From assembly GCA_026708645.1 (NCBI GenBank), contig JAPOUM010000004.1:33760-97759 (forward strand): a stretch of 64,000 bases of DNA, in the 5' to 3' direction. The DNA comes from Acidimicrobiaceae bacterium (GTDB lineage: Bacteria; Actinomycetota; Acidimicrobiia; Acidimicrobiales; Aldehydirespiratoraceae). The notes under the pieces were generated by a model that worked only from the letters and a program-made list of their open reading frames with translations, was not told where the DNA came from and did no database searches. Positions within the stretch are counted from its first letter, which is position 1. Every line of letters begins with the position of its first letter. This document shows, in pieces, positions 57,262-64,000 of this stretch. A program made the position numbers and the translations under genes.

Positions 57262-57325
57262 GCCAATCCCCCCAGTCGCTTCTGGTGGCTGGGCGAAGGC
57301 CCGCTTCGGCGGGCCTTCGTGCTTT
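57262..57325 (+). ncRNA. candidate small RNA, copy 1 (promoter-like element, 9-bp hairpin, intrinsic terminator)
   Basis: TTGACG 57228-57233. Extended -10-like TGaTAGCTT 57250-57258. Hairpin CCCAGTCGC/GTGGCTGGG 57271-57293. Terminator GAAGGCCCGC-ttcg-GCGGGCCTTC 57295-57318, then GTGCTTT. Confidence 0.3.
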
Positions 57326-57477
57326 ACCAGCCCCGGGCTTGAAGAGTCCGCTGCGAACCAAAACTAGTACACCGAGATCGCGCCTTAGCGAGGCTTCTGG
57401 GGTTGTCGTTGCAGCGGGCTAGCCGCGCACAAGCGAGGCGAGCCATCCGCAAGTGCCCGAAGAGACAGTCAAACCCT

Positions 57478-57488
57478 CCCCCCCCCCC
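57478..57488. repeat. homopolymeric C11 tract
   Basis: Direct count. Lies between the two sRNA-candidate copies, 15 bp upstream of the second TTGACG. Confidence 0.95.
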
Positions 57489-57537
57489 GCTCACGGACGG
57501 TCATTGACGGGACTGCCACTAGCTGTGATAGCTTGTC

Positions 57538-57601
57538 GCCAATCCCCCCAGTCGCTTCTGGTGGCTGGGCGAAGGCCCGCTTCGGCGGGCCTTCGTGTTT
57601 T
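57538..57601 (+). ncRNA. candidate small RNA, copy 2, with terminator abutting the NYN stop codon
   Basis: TTGACG 57504-57509. Hairpin 57547-57569. Terminator 57571-57594 followed by GTGTTTT. The NYN stop codon (57600-57602) overlaps the T-run. Confidence 0.3.
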
Positions 57602-58256
57602 ACCAGCCTCTGGGCTTGCGAATTGGCCCCGTCCGGTCATACACGACGTCCGGCAGCTGCGACCCCTCAAGCGCTCGATTCGGAATCTGACGATAGAACA
57701 GGCAGCCAACCTCTTTGAGTCTGCGAGACCGGCGGTTGCGGGGATGCGGGTTGAAGACGCCCACCCGGATGCCCATCTCAGACTGAGCGACCTCAATCGC
57801 CTGGGCCAGATCCGAGTCGTTGCTGAAGACGACAGCCGTCTCGCAACGGTGCTTGCAGGCGTCCAGCAGCAGGTAGGTGGCCAGATTGACATCGGACCCT
57901 TTCTCTTCGGTCCTGAGCACTTCGACGGTTCGTGACTCGCGGGGTTGGGGCTTCGCGAGTGGAAGGCGAACTGCTCGAGTCACGAAGTGCCCGTACTGGA
58001 TCTCCATCAACGGCAGCGCGGCAAGGGCACGCAGGTAGGCGTCCTGGCGATCCGGACGCTGAGGGTCATCCTCGCGAGCGTCCACCCGAGCCGTGAAGTA
58101 ACGGATCTTGGCAATGTTGTCGCCGGGCAGCAGTCGTCGGCAGAGCGCCTCGAGGTCGAGCCACTTGTATGGCGTCTCCTTGACAGCGCCGTAGTAGAAG
58201 TTGAACCCGTCAACGTAGACGACGGTCTGGGGCCGCCTTTTCTCCATGCCAGGCAT
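57600..58256 (-). CDS. NYN domain (PIN-like) nuclease family protein
   Basis: VVYVDGFNFYYG ... IRYFTA ... EEKGSDVNLATYLLLDA ... VVFSNDSDL is the typical NYN/LabA acidic-residue pattern. ATG 58256 lies 1 nt after the hsdS TGA (58260-58258). Confidence 0.75.
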   Translation of the reverse strand: MPGMEKRRPQTVVYVDGFNFYYGAVKETPYKWLDLEALCRRLLPGDNIAKIRYFTARVDAREDDPQRPDRQDAYLRALAALPLMEIQYGHFVTRAVRLPLAKPQPRESRTVEVLRTEEKGSDVNLATYLLLDACKHRCETAVVFSNDSDLAQAIEVAQSEMGIRVGVFNPHPRNRRSRRLKEVGCLFYRQIPNRALEGSQLPDVVYDRTGPIRKPRGW

Positions 58257-58257
58257 G

Positions 58258-58935
58258 TCAGCGGCTTGGATCGGCCGTCTGAGCGGCTGTGATTCGTTCT
58301 AGCAGGGCTGATGCGGGCTCGTCGGTCGGGTCCTGCGCCACGAGCCGCCCTGCGAAGGCCTCAGCCAGCACACTGCGACGCAAAGCCTCGATCCTGGCCT
58401 GAGCAGCCGTGATCGCAGCACTGGCAGCATCCAAACGCGAAAAATACTCCTCAATCGCAGCAACAATCCGCCCCTGCTCCGCAAACGGCGCAACGGGAAT
58501 AATTTGCTCAAGGATCGGCCCTGACTTGGCTCATGTGTGAGAACCGGTACCACCTTCGACAGCTAACTTGATCCAGTCTCGAAATTCGGGTGAGGACAGA
58601 TACTGCGCAATGAAGCCAGCCATTCGCGGATGTCGAGGCCGAAAGACCAGATACTCGGTCGATGCGATTTGTGGGACATCTTCCGCCTGACCGACAACCC
58701 AGACACGATTGATACGCGGATTGATCTTGCAGAGCAGCACATCACCTTGCTCAACGCCGCGCTTGCCGCTCTTGACTAGGACTCCATCAGTCCTCTCTGG
58801 ACACCCCGAGGGAAACGCCGGCACGCTATACAGGTCGTAAATGACTCCAGGTTCTGGTATGAGTTGTCCACGGACCTCAACCCCAAGATCGCCGAGTTCG
58901 GCTGAGGCCCAGCCGGGTGGGAGAACGCTGGTCAT
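58258..58935 (-). pseudogene. hsdS: half-size type I specificity subunit (single TRD + conserved helix) with an in-frame TGA
   Basis: N-terminal MTSVLPPGWASAELGDLG... TRD (134 codons). TGA at 58533-58531. The same frame continues AKSGPILEQIIPVAPFAEQGRIVAAIEEYFSRLDAA...AFAGRLV.QDPTDEPASALLERI, which is the HsdS conserved region. I translated it codon by codon. Confidence 0.75.
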
Positions 58936-59010
58936 GGGGCTTGGGGCGGGGCCAGAGAGCGGGCCGCTGGACGTGGGCTCAGGTCGAAGATGGGGAGCGT
59001 CTGGTGCTGC

Positions 59011-59388
59011 TCAGGCGACTTGGTCTGAGTTGATGAGGACGCTACCGCCGGGCTGGACATCGATGTTCAGGTTATGGCCTGCTAGCAGCGCCATGCCTAC
59101 CAGCGGGATTGAGCCAGAAGCGTCGACTTGGATGAGCCTCATTTGGCCGTCCCATAGGACGAAGGCGCCATGAGCCAACAGGGTTGTGATGCTGCCGTCG
59201 GCCAGGATGAATATCGAATCGCCGACTTCGGGAAGCTCCATCTCTGCCACGACTGTCGGCGGCAGCGTCAGAAACTCGGTGAAGCCGGTATCGACCACGG
59301 CTTCGATCTCAAGTGTCTGCCCTGCTGGGCCGCTTACGGGCAGTTCGACGACAGCTTCCAAGCGATCGTTGACGACTCCGGCGATCAC
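59011..59388 (-). CDS. retropepsin-like (clan AA) aspartic protease, about 125 aa
   Basis: Catalytic VVDTGFTEFLTLP (D-T-G). LLGMALL-type C-terminal motif (LVGMALLAGHNLNID). GTG 59388 overlaps the upstream TGA as GTGA. Confidence 0.7.
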   Translation of the reverse strand: MIAGVVNDRLEAVVELPVSGPAGQTLEIEAVVDTGFTEFLTLPPTVVAEMELPEVGDSIFILADGSITTLLAHGAFVLWDGQMRLIQVDASGSIPLVGMALLAGHNLNIDVQPGGSVLINSDQVA

Positions 59389-59792
59389 GGTGCCCGTCGC
59401 GAAGGTCGGGCGCCGTGGCCCCAGACGGCGTTGTAACCGACTCGGAGCAGCCACACGTTGACGGCATCCGGATGCGCGGCTCGCAGCGACGCAGCCGCCA
59501 CTCCGAGATCATCGGCCAGAGCCCAGCCTCCGCTGTCCACATCAATGGCCATGTACTCGCCTACATGCGCCGCCGCGAAATGCGGGCGGATGTCGCGCTC
59601 GTAGAGCTCCTTGCCGAGCCGGGCGATCTTCTCGTTTGAGAGCGTCGACTTTTCAAGGGTGCCCGGCGACAGCGCCTCCTCCTTCGGGAGCGTCGGCACC
59701 CGGCGACAGCGCCTCCCCTTCGGGAGCGTCGGCACCCGATGAGCGCGCACAGACGCCGCCTCCAACTCAGATTCGACGCTGCCTTTGATCAT
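59385..59792 (-). CDS. small protein, paralog B of the protease-associated pair
   Basis: 135 aa. Shares HRVPTLPKG..EALSPGT and ARLGKELYERDIRP...EY.AIDV.SGGWAL.DDL.VAAASLRA.HPDAVNVWL.RVG with the upstream paralog. ATGA overlap at 59789-59792. Confidence 0.6.
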   Translation of the reverse strand: MIKGSVESELEAASVRAHRVPTLPKGRRCRRVPTLPKEEALSPGTLEKSTLSNEKIARLGKELYERDIRPHFAAAHVGEYMAIDVDSGGWALADDLGVAAASLRAAHPDAVNVWLLRVGYNAVWGHGARPSRRAP

Positions 59793-60223
59793 GCCGGCAG
59801 TATCCGTCTAGGGCTCAAGATGTGACCCATAACCAGATGGCCGACCCGGATCAGCCACACATTGACAGCATCAGGATGCACCGCACGCAACGACGCAGCA
59901 GCCACCAAGAGATCATCGGACAACGCCCAGCCACCACTGCTCACATCGATGGCGACATATTCATCTTGATGCGCATCCTCCACCTGAGGCCGGATGTCAC
60001 GCTCGTAGATCTCCTTGCCGAGCCGGGCGGTCTCCTCTCGCGGGAGCGTCCGCTTCTTGTGGGTGCCCGGCGACAGCGCCTCCCCCTTCGGGAGCGTCGG
60101 CACCCGATGAACGCGCACAGGCACCGCCTCCCGGGACTCCAAGCCCTGCTGGGAAGCCTGGTCCGCACGAAGCCCGGGGTCTGCCACCGCAGCAGCGCCG
60201 TCTGGATCAACCATAGTGCTCAT
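59789..60223 (-). CDS. small protein, paralog A of the protease-associated pair
   Basis: 144 aa. The C-terminal roughly 70 aa resemble the small partner proteins I recall next to retropepsin-like proteases in cyanobacteria and archaea. Confidence 0.6.
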   Translation of the reverse strand: MSTMVDPDGAAAVADPGLRADQASQQGLESREAVPVRVHRVPTLPKGEALSPGTHKKRTLPREETARLGKEIYERDIRPQVEDAHQDEYVAIDVSSGGWALSDDLLVAAASLRAVHPDAVNVWLIRVGHLVMGHILSPRRILPA

Positions 60224-60245
60224 ATCGTAACTCTAATGCCTTCAC

Positions 60246-60274
60246 ATAATATTCTGCAACCTGTCAACACGCAA
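60246..60274 (-). promoter_or_regulatory. candidate internal promoter for the small-protein/protease/hsdS/NYN string
   Basis: The minus strand reads TTGCGT (60274-60269), a 17-bp spacer, then TATTAT (60251-60246). It sits in the AT-rich 81-bp gap after hsdR. Confidence 0.3.
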
Positions 60275-60304
60275 TGTTGATATGAGCTGCCGACGACCGG
60301 CGGT

Positions 60305-63037
60305 TCAAGCGACCAGTGCGAGAGTCAGTTCTTCGAGGAGCGGATCGAGGCCGCTGCCGAAGAGTTGGCGGGCTTTGCCGAGGCCGCCGTGGGTGCTGAA
60401 CGGCGGATTCTGCAGGTCGGCGGGCGTGAAAGCGAGGCTGCCGGCGATGTGGTCTTTGATGAGGCGCAGGTAGTCGGTCCGCGCGTCGGTGAAACGACGT
60501 CCGAGAGCCTGCTGCTGCGCCAGCCAGGCCTCGAAGCGCTCGTCGACCAGGTCCGGGTAGGCGACCAGTTCGTCGGTGTGGCCGAGGGCATGACGGACGA
60601 GGCTCACCAGATCCGTGCTGACGCGATGCCCTGAACCTCTGACCTTCGAGGCGTCGAGTGTCTGATAGGCGTTCCACAGAGCTTCGGGTGTCCAGCGGTG
60701 CGGCGGGCGGCTGATGGCTCCGGCGAGTTCTTTGATGTCGGCATAGGCGAGCCCGCCGCCGTAGGGCTGGCTGTAGAGCACCTGCAGAGCAGTGATCTCG
60801 TCTTTGTTGTCCTCGATGAAGCGGCGGAACGACTCGGTCTGCTCCCTGGCCCGGTCGGCGGCCTCGCGGGAGAATTCGCCGGACAGCACTCTGTCCTTCG
60901 ACGCGGCGTCGATCACCTGCTCGTAGCTGCGACGGACTTCGATCAGCTTCTGCCGCAGCGCCGCGTTGCCCGCTATCGGCCGCACAGCCTCGGCGATCAT
61001 GCGCTCAGCGGCAGCGGCGACCTGCACAGGAGTCGGATCCTGCGTCGCGGCTTCGGCTGCCGCCTCGGCGTGCTGAAGGTCGGGATTCAAGGCGTCGGTG
61101 ATCCGACGGACCAGATCGCCCAACGCGATACCCGCCACAGTCTCCACCTCGGCGCGGTCCGCGGCGGTGATGCGACTGTTCAGACGGGCCAGACGCGACG
61201 CCACCGACGACACCACATCAGCATCAATCGAACCGAGCCCGACCTGGTTCAACAGACGGTCGAAGTCCACACCGGGGTTGCGCTCCAGCGGCACCGTGTC
61301 GTGCAGACCTGCGTCGGTGACGCCGACCGCGTCCACGATCACGAAACGGTCCTTCGCTGCGGCGTCGGGAGTGACCGCCCGCAGGTCGTCAGCGTCGATC
61401 ACCCGCACGCCCCGGCCCTTCATCTGCTCGAAAAAGTTGCGGCTGCGCACCATCCGCATGAACACCACGCACTCGATGGGCTTCACGTCGGTGCCGGTGG
61501 CGATCATGTCCACGGTCACCGCGATGCGAGTCTCATAGCCGGTGCGGAACTGTTGGAGGAGCTGCTCCGGCTTGTTGCCCGAATCGCCGGAGCGGTAGGT
61601 GATCTTCACGGCGCCTTCGTTGCCGAGGCCGAACTCCTGACGGAAGATCTGCACGATGTCGTCGGCGTGGCTGTCGTCCTTGGCGAAGATCAGCGTTTTG
61701 GGGATGTGCTCGAGCTGACCGTCGGCGTCACGCTCGCGGTCGGTGAATATCTTCGGCAGAGAGGCTCGCAGCGTCTTGGCGACGGTGCGGATCTGGTCGG
61801 GGGCCACCACCTTGCGGTCCAGCTCCGCGGCGTTGTAGTCGATGTCGGCGTCGACCTTCTCGAAGCGGCGGTGGCGGGTCTCGCGGTCGCGGAACTCGGT
61901 CACGAAATCGGCCGGGACCGTGCCGCCGGACTCGGTGATCTCCGTGCGGATGCGGAACACGTCGAAGTCGACGTTCACCCGGTCGGCCACCGCCTGCTCG
62001 TGGCCGTACTCCATCACCATGTTCTGATCGAAGAAGGCGAACGTCTGGATGCCCGGCGTGGCGGTGAGCCCCACCAGGAACGCGTCGAAATACTCCAGCA
62101 CTTGGCGCCACACCCCGTAGATCGAGCGGTGGCACTCGTCGACGACGACTAGGTCGTAGGACTCGATGGGCACCCTCGGGTTGTAGGACACCTCCACAGG
62201 CTGAGTCGGCGCAGTGTCGAAGCCGGTCCGCTCGTCGAGGCTCTCGTCGTAGTCGTCGTAGTCGGCGTCGCCTCGCAGGATCGCATAGAGCCGCTGGATG
62301 GTGCAGACATGCACTTTGGCGGCGGCCTCGTCGGCCATGTCGAGCCGTGAGGCCGTCAACCGACGGACGTTGTACAGCTCGGTGAACTTTCGGGAGTCGT
62401 CGGGGACGGTGAAACCCTCGAACTCTTTCACCGCCTGACGGCCCAGATTGGCCCGGTCCACCAAGAACAGGATCCGGCGAGCCCCGGCGTAGCACAGCAG
62501 CCGGTAGCAGACGTTGGCGGCGGTGAAAGTCTTGCCCGCTCCGGTGGCCATCTGGATCAGCGCCCGGGGTCGGTTCTCCAGCAGGGACCGCTCGAGGCTG
62601 CCGATGGCTTCGGCCTGCGCCGACCACAGTCCGGGCGGGTCAGGACCCAATTCGGGCAGGAGCTGCAAGCCAGCCCGCAAGGTGGCGTAACCGCCGAGTC
62701 GGTGCTGGTCTTCCACCCACTGTGCGAGAGTCTCTGGCCGATGGAAGGCGAACACTCTCCGGCTGGCCGGGATCGGGTCGAGCCCGCAGGTGAAACGAGT
62801 CTCGCTGCCAGTGGACTCGTAGCCGAACGGCAGAGCGCCTTCCGCAGTGAATGCCGGCAACTCGTCGGGGTAGGCGTTGCGGTATTTGCCGGTCTGGGGC
62901 TCCACGCCGGTGAGCGTGCTGCCCGCCTTCTTGGCTTCGATCACCCCCACCGCCTGCCGGTCCACGAACAGCACGTAATCGGCCGGACCGGCGCCAGTGG
63001 GCACCTCACGCACCGCCACTCCCTGCGCGGCGGCCAC
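60305..63037 (-). CDS. hsdR: type I restriction enzyme R subunit (EcoEI-like C-terminus)
   Basis: PD-(D/E)xK DYVLFVDRQAVGVIEAKK, helicase motif I MATGAGKT, motif II VVDECHR, C-terminal FSTHGGLGKARQLFG. The track ORF start (63139) lies inside tRNA-Pro. There is no ATG, so I list the first GTG outside the tRNA (63037). Confidence 0.85.
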   Translation of the reverse strand: MAAAQGVAVREVPTGAGPADYVLFVDRQAVGVIEAKKAGSTLTGVEPQTGKYRNAYPDELPAFTAEGALPFGYESTGSETRFTCGLDPIPASRRVFAFHRPETLAQWVEDQHRLGGYATLRAGLQLLPELGPDPPGLWSAQAEAIGSLERSLLENRPRALIQMATGAGKTFTAANVCYRLLCYAGARRILFLVDRANLGRQAVKEFEGFTVPDDSRKFTELYNVRRLTASRLDMADEAAAKVHVCTIQRLYAILRGDADYDDYDESLDERTGFDTAPTQPVEVSYNPRVPIESYDLVVVDECHRSIYGVWRQVLEYFDAFLVGLTATPGIQTFAFFDQNMVMEYGHEQAVADRVNVDFDVFRIRTEITESGGTVPADFVTEFRDRETRHRRFEKVDADIDYNAAELDRKVVAPDQIRTVAKTLRASLPKIFTDRERDADGQLEHIPKTLIFAKDDSHADDIVQIFRQEFGLGNEGAVKITYRSGDSGNKPEQLLQQFRTGYETRIAVTVDMIATGTDVKPIECVVFMRMVRSRNFFEQMKGRGVRVIDADDLRAVTPDAAAKDRFVIVDAVGVTDAGLHDTVPLERNPGVDFDRLLNQVGLGSIDADVVSSVASRLARLNSRITAADRAEVETVAGIALGDLVRRITDALNPDLQHAEAAAEAATQDPTPVQVAAAAERMIAEAVRPIAGNAALRQKLIEVRRSYEQVIDAASKDRVLSGEFSREAADRAREQTESFRRFIEDNKDEITALQVLYSQPYGGGLAYADIKELAGAISRPPHRWTPEALWNAYQTLDASKVRGSGHRVSTDLVSLVRHALGHTDELVAYPDLVDERFEAWLAQQQALGRRFTDARTDYLRLIKDHIAGSLAFTPADLQNPPFSTHGGLGKARQLFGSGLDPLLEELTLALVA

Positions 63038-63111
63038 CGCGGCATGTCGGTAGTCGCAAACTGGTGGCTGAGAGATAGCCCGGTCTGCGAGCGGTAGCCT
63101 GTTCTGCTTCA

Positions 63112-63185
63112 CGGGACGTGGCGCAGCCTGGTAGCGCACCTGCTTTGGGAGCAGGGGGTCGCCGGTTCAAATCCGGCCGTCCCGA
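63112..63185 (+). tRNA. tRNA-Pro (anticodon TGG)
   Basis: CGGGACGTGGCGCAGCCTGGTAGCGC, anticodon stem-loop CCTGC-TTTGGGA-GCAGG, T-arm GCCGG-TTCAAAT-CCGGC, acceptor CGTCCCG. Confidence 0.9.
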
Positions 63186-63194
63186 CCGAGAATC

Positions 63195-64000
63195 ATGGTC
63201 CAACTTCACGAAGCCCAACGCCGGGCAGAGCCGATCGCACGCTATGTGGCGCCCGAGTCGTTGCAGGACGCCTTGGACGCCTTGGCCGCGCACGGCGCCT
63301 CGGCCCGAGCCGTCGCCGGCGGCACCGACCTGCTTTTGGAACTGAGCCGCGGCGCCAGGGCCGGCGTGGACACTCTGGTCGATTTGAGCGTGCTGGAAGG
63401 CCTCGACGCCATCACGCTCCAAGACGGGCGCGTCGAGCTGGGCCCGCTGGTCACCCACGCCGATGTGATCGCGTCGCCGCTGATGACGGCTGCCGGCTTG
63501 CCGCTGGCTCAGGCTTGTCTGGAGGTGGGCGGGCCGCAGCTGCGCAACCGGGCGACGGTCGTCGGCAACATCGTGACCGCCAGCCCCGCCAACGACACCA
63601 TCTCGGCGCTGTACGCGCTGGACGCCGATGTGACTGTGGCTTCCGCTGCGGGCGGCTCGCGCACCATGGCGATCACGGATTTCGTCACCGGTTTCCGAAG
63701 CACTGCGCTCGACCCGGCGGAACTGGTGACGAAAGTGTCGTTCGACGCGCTGACCGAGCAGCGTCGGGGCGTCTTCGTGAAGCTGGGCCTGCGCAGGGCG
63801 CAAGCCATCTCGGTGGTTCATGCTGCTGTGGTCGTCACAGAGAACAGCGACGGAACCGTAGACGACCTGCGGGTGGCGCTGGGCAGCGTCGGTGCGACCA
63901 TCGAGATGATCGACGCCGCTGCCGCTGTCGCCGTGGGGCGGCGGCTCAGCGAGGCAGCCGACGACGCAGCGGCTGCGGCACGCGCCGCGATCAGCCCCAT
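63195..64000 (+). CDS. FAD-binding subunit of a molybdopterin (xanthine/CO dehydrogenase family) enzyme, 3'-truncated by the window end
   Basis: My own translation from ATG 63195: MVQLHEAQRRAEPIARYVAPESLQDALDAL...VAGGTDLLLEL...RNRATVVGNIVTASPANDT. Absent from the track because no stop codon is reached. Confidence 0.8.
   Translation, partial: MVQLHEAQRRAEPIARYVAPESLQDALDALAAHGASARAVAGGTDLLLELSRGARAGVDTLVDLSVLEGLDAITLQDGRVELGPLVTHADVIASPLMTAAGLPLAQACLEVGGPQLRNRATVVGNIVTASPANDTISALYALDADVTVASAAGGSRTMAITDFVTGFRSTALDPAELVTKVSFDALTEQRRGVFVKLGLRRAQAISVVHAAVVVTENSDGTVDDLRVALGSVGATIEMIDAAAAVAVGRRLSEAADDAAAAARAAISP

Larger units (their letters stand above)
57218..57618 (+). repeat. roughly 124-bp direct repeat x2 (57218-57341 and 57494-57618), 276-277 bp period
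   Basis: The copies differ at only a few positions. Each carries TTGACG, TGaTAGCTT, two hairpins and a T-run. Confidence 0.95.

Noticed and set aside
58531-58533. In-frame TGA of hsdS as selenocysteine or programmed read-through
   Set aside because: No SECIS-like hairpin is evident immediately downstream, and there is no reason for Sec in a specificity subunit. A nonsense mutation or sequencing error is the simpler explanation.
63006-63821. 271-aa minus-strand ORF
   Set aside because: It crosses tRNA-Pro and is antisense to the FAD-binding dehydrogenase subunit that I translated on the plus strand.

Overview
High-GC, actinobacterial-type chromosomal segment. All calls rest on reading the ORF translations and the DNA by eye; no searches were run. 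The backbone is a syntenic housekeeping block, mostly on the minus strand: dnaG, glyQS, recO, uppS, era, corC-like, ybeY, phoH-like, then a tRNA-Arg/His/Lys cluster. It continues with ksgA, an rpf-like gene, tatD, metG, rsmI, ychF, two paralogous BMP-family ABC transporter operons, lgt, an acyl-CoA dehydrogenase and lexA. It ends with dapE/dapD/dapC, hflX, dapF, miaA and miaB. Two accessory regions interrupt it. (1) Positions 1-4235 lie on the 3' side of tRNA-Asn. They carry a type II R-M pair next to a visibly AT-richer AAA15-type ATPase. That ATPase's GTGA-coupled DUF4276-like partner is cut to about 43 codons at the restriction gene. (2) Positions ~49.8-63.1 kb lie between miaB and tRNA-Pro. 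They carry a divergent pair of Fic genes and a type I R-M system whose three genes are dispersed over 10 kb. Nested between those genes are: an RHH/DUF433-like + DUF5615 pair translationally coupled to hsdM; an 8-unit repeat-spacer array; a DUF222-HNH gene; a duplicated promoter-hairpin-terminator sRNA candidate; an NYN nuclease gene starting 1 nt after a half-size hsdS that has an in-frame TGA; and a coupled cassette of two paralogous small proteins plus a retropepsin-like protease. The best candidate for an undescribed system is the hsdR-to-NYN string at 57.2-60.3 kb. Other points: four AAAC-N4-GTTC boxes upstream of lexA, an untracked bL37-like 29-codon ORF, near-perfect 75-bp coding repeats in a permease tail, and many short intergenic tandem repeats, some with 72-76 bp periods spanning stop codons.
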